From the NCBI GenBank assembly GCA_005799825.1, contig SYFT01000088.1, positions 3,448 to 67,447 on the forward strand: a DNA stretch of 64,000 nt, given 5' to 3'. Positions 1 to 10,356 of the stretch are shown in pieces (within the stretch, counting starts at the first letter, position 1; each line of letters begins with the position of its first letter). Made by a program: the position numbers and the translations under genes. The notes beneath the pieces are model-generated. The model was not told the DNA's origin and did not search any database. It worked only from the letters and a program-made list of their open reading frames with translations. The stretch is from Acidobacteriota bacterium. GTDB lineage: Bacteria; Acidobacteriota; Vicinamibacteria; Vicinamibacterales; SCN-69-37.

Positions 1-563
1 TAACCGACCACGTTCTTCACCACTTTGCCGCCGGTCCGAATAATCTCGCCTGTCGGAAGCACGGCCTCAAGGCCAAGCACGTACTGCTTGGTCACCCCGT
101 ATTTGAATGCGCGCGGCCCTCCCGCGCACTCAGCTACATTGCCTCCGATGACTGATTGCCGCAGGCTCGCCGGGTCTGGCGGATAAAACAGGCCCACCGC
201 CTCAACGGCGTCCTGCAAGTCTCCCGTCACCACGTGCGGTTCCACCACCGCCAGCAAGTTCCCTTCGTCGATGTCCAGAATGCGGTTGAGGCGCGCGAGG
301 CTGATCACCACACCGCCCTGCGTGGGCACTGCGCCCCCCGTATACCCAGTCCCCGCGCCACGAGGCACCAGAGGCGTACGGGTTTCATGGCACAGACGCG
401 CCACCGCTGACACCTCAGCCGTGTTTGCGGGCCACACCACGGCGTCCGCGGGATGCCCGCGCTTGAGCGCATCCACGCCGTAGGCTTCACGCGTCTCCTG
501 ATCGGCCCTCACGTGGTCGACGCCGACGATGGCACGGAGGCGATCGAGAAGGGCGTCGGTCAC
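1..563 (-). CDS. FAD-linked oxidase, GlcD-like (glycolate/D-lactate oxidase family); N-terminal part only, gene runs off the window
   Basis: Absent from the ORF track because there is no stop inside the window. Hand translation of the minus strand from GTG (563-561) gives VTDALLDRLRAIVGVDHVRADQETREAYGVDALKRGHPADAVVWPANTAEVSAVARLCHETRTPLVPRGAGTGYTGGAVP...LLAVVEPHVVTGDLQDAVEAVGLFYPPDPAS...GGNVAECAGGPRAFKYGVT. This is a typical FAD-binding PCMH-type N-terminus. The GTG overlaps the upstream stop (GTGA). Confidence 0.75.
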   Translation of the reverse strand, partial: MTDALLDRLRAIVGVDHVRADQETREAYGVDALKRGHPADAVVWPANTAEVSAVARLCHETRTPLVPRGAGTGYTGGAVPTQGGVVISLARLNRILDIDEGNLLAVVEPHVVTGDLQDAVEAVGLFYPPDPASLRQSVIGGNVAECAGGPRAFKYGVTKQYVLGLEAVLPTGEIIRTGGKVVKNVVG

Positions 564-1768
564 GAGTGTTTGCGCGCGAATCGAATCAGCCGGGTCACGC
601 CTTCGCGCAGCCGTTCGAGTGACGTCGCGTACGAGAGACGCACGAACCCGGGCGCATCAAAGGCTTCGCCCGGCGTGGTCACTACGTGCTCCTCAGCCAG
701 CAGCGCATCGCTGAACTCGAGCGAGGTACGAAGGCCGGCGGGTGACAGGACATCTCCGACGTCTGGAAAGACATAAAACGCGCCCTGCGGCACCGCGCAG
801 CGGAATCGCGGCTCCTCGGCGAGCCACTCCAGCACCTGATCGCGGCGTTGCTGATATACGGTCAGCATGTCGGTCACGCACTGTTGCGGTCCGTTGAGCG
901 CCGCCACCGCGGCGTACTGGGAAATGGAGCTCGCGTTGGAGGTGGTGTGGCTCTGTAACGCGTTCGCACCGGACGCAAACGCCTTTGGCCCCACCGCCCA
1001 TCCCAACCGCCAGCCTGTCATGGCGAAGGCTTTTGACGACGACCCTGCGAGCACAAGCCGGTCGCGCAGCGCCTCACCGAAGATGGCGGGCAGGTTGTGC
1101 GGTACACCTCCGTAAATGAGGCGCTCGTAACACAGGTCGAGGACCACCCACAGCCCACGCCGTGCTGCTTCAGCTGCGATCACACGCGCGTCGGCTTCCG
1201 AGAGAAGTGCCCCAGTGGGATTGCCTGGACTGTTGATGACAATGCCGCGGGTGTTCGGCGTCAGCGCGCCGAGCAGCAACTCAGCTGTTGGCACGAATCC
1301 CTGCTCCGCTCGCGTCTGCACGATGACTGGTTTGGCCCCGGCCAGTTTGATCTGTTCGGCGATAGTCGGCCATCCGGGCGCGTGCGTGATCACGTCATCG
1401 CCGGGACCGAACAGCGCGATCGCCGCATGGGACAACGCCTGTTTGCCGCCGGCTGTGATCACGATCTCATCGGGGGCGTACTCCACGCCATAGTCAGCGT
1501 GGTAGCGCGCGACGACGGCCTGCCGCAGTTCCAAAGTGCCCATGTTCGCGGTGTATTTCGTGCGCTGGGCGTTGATGGCCGCGTGCCCGGCTTCGCAGAT
1601 GTGCGCCGGCGTCGGAAAGTCTGGCTCGCCCGCTCCCAGGTCCACTACGTCCACGCCCTCACGTCGCAGTTTCTCGGCTGCAATCGTCCCCTTCATCGTG
1701 AGTGACATGGCGACGTGCTGCATTCGCGCGGCCAACTGTGCGGCGGTCGGGGTCGGGGTGGGGGTCAT
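560..1768 (-). CDS. PLP-dependent aminotransferase class I (aspartate/aromatic aminotransferase-like)
   Basis: 402 aa. Contains the SSSKAFAMTGWRLGW Lys-containing motif and the INSPGNPTG motif typical of AspC-family enzymes. Confidence 0.85.
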   Translation of the reverse strand: MTPTPTPTAAQLAARMQHVAMSLTMKGTIAAEKLRREGVDVVDLGAGEPDFPTPAHICEAGHAAINAQRTKYTANMGTLELRQAVVARYHADYGVEYAPDEIVITAGGKQALSHAAIALFGPGDDVITHAPGWPTIAEQIKLAGAKPVIVQTRAEQGFVPTAELLLGALTPNTRGIVINSPGNPTGALLSEADARVIAAEAARRGLWVVLDLCYERLIYGGVPHNLPAIFGEALRDRLVLAGSSSKAFAMTGWRLGWAVGPKAFASGANALQSHTTSNASSISQYAAVAALNGPQQCVTDMLTVYQQRRDQVLEWLAEEPRFRCAVPQGAFYVFPDVGDVLSPAGLRTSLEFSDALLAEEHVVTTPGEAFDAPGFVRLSYATSLERLREGVTRLIRFARKHS

Positions 1769-2277
1769 ACTGCGCTCTTCCCGGCCCTGAGTCGGGCCAC
1801 CAATCGCCGGGCGATGGAGTCGGGCAACAGGCCCTCAACCGATCCGCCAAGTCCCACCACTTCCTTCACCAGACGGGAACTGATGTGAGCCAGGCGATCG
1901 GCCCCGATTACGCACACTGTTTCGATCTCAGGCGCGAGGTGCGCATTCATCAGCGCCATGGGACGTTCATAGTCAAAATCTATACCGCTGCGCAGGCCTC
2001 GCACCACTGCGCACGCGCCCCGCCGCTTGGCGTAGTGGACGAGTAAGCCCTCGAAGGCATCCGCCGTGACTTGGCCTGGTTGGCCAATCCCCGCGCACGA
2101 CTCGTTGATCATGGCGACGCGCTCATCCACCGTAAAGACCACGCGCTTTTCCGAATTGACGAGCACCGCCACGATCACACGGTCGAACAGGCGGGCCGTC
2201 CGCCGGATCACGTCGAGATGTCCGTTAGTCAACGGATCAAACGACCCAGGAAAAATGGCAATGCGGGATGACGGCAT
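1765..2277 (-). CDS. coaD: Phosphopantetheine adenylyltransferase
   Basis: 170 aa. N-terminus AIFPGSFDPLTNGHLDVIRR is the nucleotidyltransferase HxGH-type motif. Size and sequence are typical of CoaD. Confidence 0.9.
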   Translation of the reverse strand: MPSSRIAIFPGSFDPLTNGHLDVIRRTARLFDRVIVAVLVNSEKRVVFTVDERVAMINESCAGIGQPGQVTADAFEGLLVHYAKRRGACAVVRGLRSGIDFDYERPMALMNAHLAPEIETVCVIGADRLAHISSRLVKEVVGLGGSVEGLLPDSIARRLVARLRAGKSAV

Positions 2278-2283
2278 ACTTCC

Positions 2284-2808
2284 CTATCTGTAGAACGACA
2301 ACGCGCTATCGCCAGAAACGAGCACGCGCGTCCGAATCAACCCGGCCTCACTCGCCGGTGTCTCGAGAGACCGCCGATGCTCGATCACCACCGAGCCGTC
2401 CGGGGCCAGGTGCGTCGCCGCTACACGCAGCGTCGCCTCCAAGTCGTCATCATCATACGGGGGGTCCAGAAAGACAAGATCACAGTTGGCCCCGCCACTC
2501 GATCGCAGGAAGTCGCCGCGGATGACCTGACACTGCGCCTGGACGCCACAGTGCCCGATGTTGGCCTCGACGATGGGCCATGCGCGGCGATCTTTCTCGT
2601 AGAAGGTGACGTGCGTCGCACCGCGACTGACGGCCTCAAGGCCGACGGCGCCAGTGCCGGCAAATGCGTCCAGCACGCGCGTCCCCTGGACGCTGGGGCC
2701 GAGCACATTAAACAAGGTCTCCCTCAGACGGTCAGACGTCGGCCGCACATCGTCTGTCGCAGGACCTTGCAGGCGGCGTCCTTTGAGTGAACCGGCGACG
2801 ATTCGCAT
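2284..2808 (-). CDS. rsmD: 16S rRNA (guanine966-N2)-methyltransferase RsmD-like
   Basis: Contains MRIVAGSLKGRRL, the FAGTGAVGLEAVSRGA SAM motif and the VFLDPPY motif. Start trimmed to the ATG at 2808, just after the recG stop (2811); the track ORF extends to 2847. Confidence 0.85.
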   Translation of the reverse strand: MRIVAGSLKGRRLQGPATDDVRPTSDRLRETLFNVLGPSVQGTRVLDAFAGTGAVGLEAVSRGATHVTFYEKDRRAWPIVEANIGHCGVQAQCQVIRGDFLRSSGGANCDLVFLDPPYDDDDLEATLRVAATHLAPDGSVVIEHRRSLETPASEAGLIRTRVLVSGDSALSFYR

Positions 2809-2810
2809 GG

Positions 2811-4922
<2,112 letters not shown>

Positions 4923-4939
4923 GAGCGGCGCGCGGCCCG

Positions 4940-5566
4940 CTACTGGATCACCGTGGCCATTCCACGGCGGAGTTCCACCTCGCGGATGCCCGCCGGCAAT
5001 TCGAATAGAGTATCCAGCAGGATGCCCTTGGGCGCCTCCGGCGTTTTTGTGTAAAACGCCAGAAGCTCCTGGAGCACCGACTTGGGCACGGGCGCGCCGC
5101 CCACTCTGGCGGACTCGTAGGTGTAAATCCCCTGGCCGTTCGCGCCCCGGAAGACACCGACCAAATGGACTTCTAGGATGCCGGTCACGTACGCGAGTGG
5201 GTCAAGCCAGCCGCGTTTTTCGGAGAGGCGCACAGTGTCCAGGTTCACAAGCGCTTGGCTTTGCACGCGGCCGCCGTCGAGAAACTGGATGGTCGGCTGC
5301 GTGAGCCCGGTGGGCAGGTCCGGCTGCACGCGCATGTAGGCGTTCAGTTCCTCTTCAGTGAAGGTGGTCTTGAGCGTCCGCGCCTTTGCAGGAGCAGCGA
5401 CCGCGCGTGTCATGATCGCCTGCATTTTTTTGTCGGCGCGTTCGGCCGCGGCCCGCGATGCGTCCTGAGCAAGCCCCGAGGCGACCCCCCGGACAACGCC
5501 CGAGGCAAACAACGGCGGCACCGCCAACGCGCAAAGCGCGACGAGCATCACCAATCGTGAAGGCAT
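4940..5566 (-). CDS. Hypothetical secreted protein (signal peptide)
   Basis: 208 aa with a hydrophobic N-terminus MPSRLVMLVALCALAVPPLFASG. No family recognised by eye. Tightly packed in the minus-strand gene string. Confidence 0.6.
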   Translation of the reverse strand: MPSRLVMLVALCALAVPPLFASGVVRGVASGLAQDASRAAAERADKKMQAIMTRAVAAPAKARTLKTTFTEEELNAYMRVQPDLPTGLTQPTIQFLDGGRVQSQALVNLDTVRLSEKRGWLDPLAYVTGILEVHLVGVFRGANGQGIYTYESARVGGAPVPKSVLQELLAFYTKTPEAPKGILLDTLFELPAGIREVELRRGMATVIQ

Positions 5567-5595
5567 GCGCTAATTGTAGCGCGTCCCGCGCCTCC

Positions 5596-6174
5596 TTAGC
5601 CCGGTCCCTGCCGGCCGGCCCGCGCACGCGTGAGGAAGTCGATTTTCTGGCGCTCCATGTCTTCTTCGAAGACCCGGAAGCCTGCACGTTGCTGGACGGT
5701 CAGGGCCTCATCAATGGCCTGGCGCGCCGTCCTGACGGCTCTCTCAAACTGAAAATCAAGGTCGTCAATCGCGCGAATTTTCGGAAGCAAGGCTGCCTCG
5801 CCCGACTCCTCGCCCCGCCAGAGGCGCCGCAACTCGTTGAGCATGCGCACGCGCTGCTGGTTGTGCCGCCGCCGCAGGTCCTGCAGGGTATTCATGCGCA
5901 TGAAGAACCGCTGGTATTGCTCGTCGTCGAGCTGAAGCAGCCGCTGCGCCTGCACCAGGGCATACGCATCAAACATGGATTGCATTTCCCTGAGCGTCAT
6001 GTTGGGCCCTGGCGCCGGCAATCCCTGCCCCCGCCCACGCTGGCCCTGGGCGTTGGGCCGATTCACCTGCTCCTGCTGCTGTGGCGGCGGTTCCTGGGCG
6101 GCAGCCAGCCGCGCCGGCGTCAATGCGACGAAGCCCACGACGCCCACAAGAACAACTCTCTGAAGAAGTGCCAC
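5596..6174 (-). CDS. Periplasmic LTXXQ-motif protein (Spy/CpxP/'heavy-metal sensor'-like)
   Basis: 192 aa. Signal-like N-terminus, Gln/Pro-rich linker, helical repeats with LTVQQRAGF and LQLDDEQYQRF motifs. Sits directly downstream of an anti-sigma gene. Confidence 0.6.
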   Translation of the reverse strand: MALLQRVVLVGVVGFVALTPARLAAAQEPPPQQQEQVNRPNAQGQRGRGQGLPAPGPNMTLREMQSMFDAYALVQAQRLLQLDDEQYQRFFMRMNTLQDLRRRHNQQRVRMLNELRRLWRGEESGEAALLPKIRAIDDLDFQFERAVRTARQAIDEALTVQQRAGFRVFEEDMERQKIDFLTRARAGRQGPG

Positions 6175-6179
6175 GACGA

Positions 6180-6755
6180 CTACTCCTTTCCCCGGGCCAG
6201 TTCGGCCGACAACAGTTTCGCAAATACATCACGCTCGCCGGATGTCAGGGATGCAAACGCGCTGTCTACGGCAAGCGCTGCCGGGGTCAGCACCTGGCGT
6301 ACATCGTCCGGTTCGAACGTGTCCATCATGCCCGATACAAACGCCCATTCAGCCGTCTCGAGCGCCATCGCATCATCGGCCACCGCACCCTGCGCGTCCT
6401 CGACCGGCGCGACTCGATCACCCGGATACAGCGCCACAGCAACGCCCGCCATAACGACAGTTGCGACGGCGGCCATCGCACCACGCACGGACACAACCAT
6501 GGCCCACCATGGGTCGGAGGTCGGGCGCACCATCTCGGCCTGCACTAACGTCTGCACTCTAGCCTGGAAGTGGTCCCAGAACAGCGGCGACGGCTCGGGC
6601 ACATCTGCCACCTCGCCCACCGCCATCATCATGGCGCGTAGTTCGTCCACGTGGGTCTGGCAGGATGCGCACGAGTCCAGATGGGAGTGCCGTTGCTGCG
6701 GCAACACACCGTCGAGCGCATTCACTGATTCCTGAGGCGACAGATGAGTAGTCAT
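6180..6755 (-). CDS. Anti-sigma factor, zf-HC2 type, single-pass membrane
   Basis: The N-terminus has the H-x3-C-x2-C motif (HLDSCASCQ). A central hydrophobic segment (MAAVATVVMAGVAVALY) follows. Overlaps the stop of the ECF sigma gene by 4 nt. Confidence 0.7.
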   Translation of the reverse strand: MTTHLSPQESVNALDGVLPQQRHSHLDSCASCQTHVDELRAMMMAVGEVADVPEPSPLFWDHFQARVQTLVQAEMVRPTSDPWWAMVVSVRGAMAAVATVVMAGVAVALYPGDRVAPVEDAQGAVADDAMALETAEWAFVSGMMDTFEPDDVRQVLTPAALAVDSAFASLTSGERDVFAKLLSAELARGKE

Positions 6756-7363
6756 GATTGGAGTAGCCGTTTCACATTTCTCAGTGCGTGGAAGAAATTT
6801 ACCTTGGTGGCGCCCACAGTGCCACCGAGGACTCCCGCAATCTCTTTATGCGACAGCTCCTGATATACCCGCAAGAGCAGCGTCGCGCGTTGTCTGGGCG
6901 GTAACTGTGCGATTGCGCGCTTCACCTCGGTCGCTTTTTCGCTCTGCGCCAGCGCGCGGAAGGGATCGTCTGACCGTGGGTCTACGTGCCGCGCTTCGAC
7001 GAGCGGTTCCATGTCCGGGCGCCTGGCCGCAATCCGATTCAGGCAGCAGTTCACGCCCACCCGGTAGAGCCAGGTAGTGAGCGCCGAGTCGCCCTTGAAG
7101 TGTTTCAGGCCCTTGAACGCACGGACGAACACGTCTTGCGCCAGGTCGGAGGCATCCTCGTGGTTCCGCACGAAGCGGTAGCAGACCTGATAGACAGCTC
7201 GCTGATGGCGGGTCACGATGATCTGGAACGCGTCCTGACTGCCGGCCAGAAACGCGGCCACAAGCACCCGGTCTTCGGCGGCGGCCAGGTCCAGCGCGGT
7301 GGCAGGCGGCGCCACGGCTTGCGTCACCGGTTCGGCCTCCCCGCCCGCCGTCCAGGTCGGCAT
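6752..7363 (-). CDS. ECF-type RNA polymerase sigma factor (sigma-70 family, regions 2 and 4)
   Basis: Region 2 DLAQDVFVRAFKGLKHFKGDSALTTWLYRVGVNCCLN and region 4 LPPRQRATLLLRVYQELSHKEIAGVLGGTVGATKVNFFHALRNVK. Start trimmed to the ATG at 7363 (4 nt after the upstream stop); the track ORF starts at 7417. Confidence 0.9.
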   Translation of the reverse strand: MPTWTAGGEAEPVTQAVAPPATALDLAAAEDRVLVAAFLAGSQDAFQIIVTRHQRAVYQVCYRFVRNHEDASDLAQDVFVRAFKGLKHFKGDSALTTWLYRVGVNCCLNRIAARRPDMEPLVEARHVDPRSDDPFRALAQSEKATEVKRAIAQLPPRQRATLLLRVYQELSHKEIAGVLGGTVGATKVNFFHALRNVKRLLQS

Positions 7364-7367
7364 CTGT

Positions 7368-8378
7368 TTAGCAGCCACCGTTACATGAGCTCCCATGCCC
7401 GTTAGACCGGCGTACACCCGTTTCGGTTACCAGAGACATGACTTCTGCCTGGGTGGGCAGGCCAGTCTGGGCTCCGACGGCCCGGCAACTGCGGGCTGCG
7501 GTGGCGTTGGCGAAGGTCAGCAGGTCCCCGAGCGTCGCCCCGGCTGGGGCGGCGATCCAGGCTGCGATAAAGCCGCCGCGAAACGCGTCCCCGGCCCCGG
7601 TCGAATCGGCGACCGGCACGACAAAACCCGGTGATTCGACCAGTTCCCCTGCGGCCCATGCCACCGCCCCCTGGGCGCCCAGGGTCGCCACCACCGCAGT
7701 CGTGCGAAATCGTTTGTGAATCGACTGCATGGCCGCGGTCACGCTCGACTCGCCGGTGTACTTCAGCGCGAAGCCAGCGGGAATCGCCAGAACATCCACC
7801 AGGCTCAGCAGGCGCTCGAGGCCTGGCGCTGCGGTATCGACATCGGCCAGCACGGGGACGCCCGCCGACCTCGCGTGCCTGACCATCAGCACCGCCCCGT
7901 CAATGTCGGTGGCATCCACCATGAGCACACGCGCTTGAGCGATGCTTTCTGGAGCCGGGCGGGATGACGGCCAATCGAGCGCCTTGTGCCGGCTCCACAA
8001 CACCGTGCGGGTATAAGCCGCGCCATCGACCAAAACGAGCGCTGACCGATTGGGAGCCGCAGCCCGCACGCAGCCGCTCGTGTCGATTCCCTCGTTACCA
8101 AGCGCGCGTTCAATTCGACGTCCGTTTTCGTCGTTCCCGAACACGCCCAGGTAACGCGTGATGCACCCCAGCCGGGCACACGCCACCATAGCCGAGGCGA
8201 TCTGGCCTCCTGGCAATGTTGAAGAGTCGATGAGTTCGACTTTGTCATCGGGCGCGGGCCACTGCGGCAGAGTCGCCAGCACATCGACCGAGTTTTCTCC
8301 GAATCCCACGACCTCAATCGGCCCTGGTCCGAGTGGTGGCAGGGCGAGAATTCGTTGACTTTCGCCTTTCTTTTGCAT
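7368..8378 (-). CDS. PfkB-family carbohydrate kinase
   Basis: C-terminal DSTGAGDAFRGGFIAAW motif typical of the ribokinase/PfkB family. Start trimmed to the ATG at 8378 (track ORF goes to 8528). The start is uncertain. Confidence 0.75.
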   Translation of the reverse strand: MQKKGESQRILALPPLGPGPIEVVGFGENSVDVLATLPQWPAPDDKVELIDSSTLPGGQIASAMVACARLGCITRYLGVFGNDENGRRIERALGNEGIDTSGCVRAAAPNRSALVLVDGAAYTRTVLWSRHKALDWPSSRPAPESIAQARVLMVDATDIDGAVLMVRHARSAGVPVLADVDTAAPGLERLLSLVDVLAIPAGFALKYTGESSVTAAMQSIHKRFRTTAVVATLGAQGAVAWAAGELVESPGFVVPVADSTGAGDAFRGGFIAAWIAAPAGATLGDLLTFANATAARSCRAVGAQTGLPTQAEVMSLVTETGVRRSNGHGSSCNGGC

Positions 8379-8390
8379 ACAGTCGACCCT

Positions 8391-8996
8391 GTGCAGCCTC
8401 TCACCAAACGCCAACGCGAGATTCTCGACTATCTTCAGGAATTCATCCAGCAGCACGGTTATGCACCGAGCCTGGAGGAAGTGGGCCGCAGGTTCGGCCT
8501 CTCTTCGCTTGCGACCGTGCACAAGCATCTCACCAACCTCGAGGAAAAGGGGTGTATTCGGCGCCTCTGGAACCGCAGTCGGTCAGTGGAACTGCTGACC
8601 GCCCGCACGGGCCAGCGCGCCGTGGAGTTGCCCATGCTCGGTTACGTAGCCGCGGGGCTGCCCATCGAAGCCGTCACAGGCAACGAGACGATTGCCGTGC
8701 CCGAAGACCTCGTGGGACGACGGGATACGTATGTGCTCAAGGTCAAGGGCGACTCGATGATCGATGAGCAGATTCGCGACGGCGACTACGTCATCGTCGA
8801 GGACCGCAAGACCGCCGAAAACGGCGAGATGGTCATCGCCCTGCTTGGTGGCGCCGACGTGACCCTGAAGAAGTTCTACCGCGAGAACGGCCGGGTGCGC
8901 CTGCAGCCAGCCAACCCCGCCATGCAGCCGATGATTGTGGATGCGGCGCTGGTCCAATTGCAGGGTGTGGTCGTCGGAGTCATGAGAAAGTACTGA
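8391..8996 (+). CDS. lexA: LexA repressor
   Basis: LTKRQREILDYLQEFIQQHGYAPSLEEVGRRFGLSSLATVHKHL winged-HTH followed by an S24 peptidase domain (VKGDSMID...GD). Start ambiguous: GTG 8391 or TTG 8355. Confidence 0.9.
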   Translation: MQPLTKRQREILDYLQEFIQQHGYAPSLEEVGRRFGLSSLATVHKHLTNLEEKGCIRRLWNRSRSVELLTARTGQRAVELPMLGYVAAGLPIEAVTGNETIAVPEDLVGRRDTYVLKVKGDSMIDEQIRDGDYVIVEDRKTAENGEMVIALLGGADVTLKKFYRENGRVRLQPANPAMQPMIVDAALVQLQGVVVGVMRKY

Positions 8997-8997
8997 C

Positions 8998-9312
8998 ATG
9001 ACATTGCCCACCAAACTGCTCAGCTTCACCATCGTGCCGGACGATCAGGGCGAACAGCCCCGGACCTACGCGAACTTCTGCGCCGTGGGCCACACGCCGT
9101 TCGACATGACGCTGACCTTCTGCGACGTCCGCCCGCTCTCAGAAAGCGACATCCGATCGGCTGAGCAGACTCAAACCGTCAAGGCGCCGGTCGTCTCACG
9201 CATTGCCCTGCCCTTCGGCGTCATCCCCGGCCTGATCAACGCCCTGCAGGAACAGATGAAGGCCATGCAGGATGCCCAGGCGCAGGGATGGCCGTCAGGT
9301 CCGCTTCACTGA
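8998..9312 (+). CDS. Small conserved hypothetical protein (DUF3467-like)
   Basis: 104 aa. YANFCAVGHTPFDMTLTFCDV resembles the DUF3467 core (recognition from memory only). Confidence 0.55.
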   Translation: MTLPTKLLSFTIVPDDQGEQPRTYANFCAVGHTPFDMTLTFCDVRPLSESDIRSAEQTQTVKAPVVSRIALPFGVIPGLINALQEQMKAMQDAQAQGWPSGPLH

Positions 9313-9941
9313 TGAAAGACGCGGTTGCAGTTTTCGACAGGCTTGACGTTCAGCACCCCAATGCCTGGACGGAACTGCATTTCACCAATCCCTATGAGCT
9401 GCTGGCTGCCACGATCCTCGCCGCGCAGTGCACCGACGCCCGGGTGAATCAGGTCACGCCTGCCCTGTTCAAGAAATACCCGGCGCCGGCGCAACTGGCG
9501 AGGGCAGACGTGGCCCAACTCGAGACGATGATTCACCCCACAGGGTTCTTTCGCGTGAAAGCGAAAAGCCTCATCGGCATGGCTAACGCCGTGGTGGACG
9601 AACATGGCGGCGAGGTCCCCTCGGACATGGATGCGCTCGTTGCGCTGTCTGGCGTGGGACGCAAGACCGCCAACGTCGTCCGCGGGCATGCATTCAACCT
9701 TCCCGGATTTCCTGTCGACCGGCACGTACTCCGCGTCGCAACCCGCATTGGACTGGTCTCTGCCAAGGCCGGCGAGGACGCGGTCAAAGCCGAAACACGG
9801 CTGATGGCCCTGCTGCCGCCAGACCGATGGACCCGCGCATCAGACACGCTCATCCTCCACGGCCGCCGCATCTGCAAGCCGAAGCCGCTGTGCGATCGCT
9901 GCTCTATCTGGACGTCTTGCGCGTACTATCGAAGGCAATGA
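9312..9941 (+). CDS. nth: Endonuclease III
   Basis: HhH-GPD motif LSGVGRKTANVV and C-terminal 4Fe-4S ligands CKPKPLCDRCSIWTSC. Start trimmed to the ATG at 9312 (TGATG junction with the upstream stop). Confidence 0.9.
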   Translation: MKDAVAVFDRLDVQHPNAWTELHFTNPYELLAATILAAQCTDARVNQVTPALFKKYPAPAQLARADVAQLETMIHPTGFFRVKAKSLIGMANAVVDEHGGEVPSDMDALVALSGVGRKTANVVRGHAFNLPGFPVDRHVLRVATRIGLVSAKAGEDAVKAETRLMALLPPDRWTRASDTLILHGRRICKPKPLCDRCSIWTSCAYYRRQ

Positions 9942-10348
9942 CCTCCGATGACTTCCCTCCCGCCCAGTTCCAGCGTCTCGTAGACGAAGCGATCGCCTCG
10001 CTGCCCCGGCGCTTCCGCGATGCGATGGTCAACATGGCGATCGTCGTGGAAGACGAACCCACAGTCGACCAACTCCGCGCAGTGGACGTGGAACCGCCCG
10101 ACACTATTTATGGGCTGTACGAAGGCACTCCGCTCACCGAGCGCCAGTGGGCCCACGGCAACGTGCTGCCCGACAAGATCTCGATCTTCCGCCTGCCGAT
10201 CCTCGAAGACAGCGCCGACGAAGACGACATTGTCGTCGGCATCGGAGAGACCCTGATTCACGAGGTCGGCCACTACTTTGGGCTCTCCGAAGATGAAATC
10301 ATGGAGATCGAAGAAAAGTACTGGCGCGGCGAAGACGACGCCGCCTGA
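9938..10348 (+). CDS. Zinicin-like metallopeptidase family protein (DUF1025-like)
   Basis: HEVGHYFG zinc motif and acidic C-terminus. ATGA overlap with the nth stop. The track ORF start (9827) lies inside nth. Confidence 0.7.
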   Translation: MTSDDFPPAQFQRLVDEAIASLPRRFRDAMVNMAIVVEDEPTVDQLRAVDVEPPDTIYGLYEGTPLTERQWAHGNVLPDKISIFRLPILEDSADEDDIVVGIGETLIHEVGHYFGLSEDEIMEIEEKYWRGEDDAA

Positions 10349-10356
10349 GCCACGCT

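Noticed and set aside
5458-6735. 425-aa plus-strand ORF
   Set aside because: It lies antisense to three well-supported minus-strand genes (the secreted protein, the LTXXQ protein and the anti-sigma factor). The translation is Arg/Pro/Ser/Ala-rich with no motifs. This is a high-GC shadow ORF.
8300-8395. LexA operator upstream of lexA. Candidates were ACAG-N6-CTGT at about 8381-8394 and ATTC...TTTC at about 8350-8364.
   Set aside because: Neither matches the spacing or orientation of any LexA box class I know (CTGT-N8-ACAG, GAAC-N4-GTTC, GTTC-N7-GTTC). Calling one would be guesswork.
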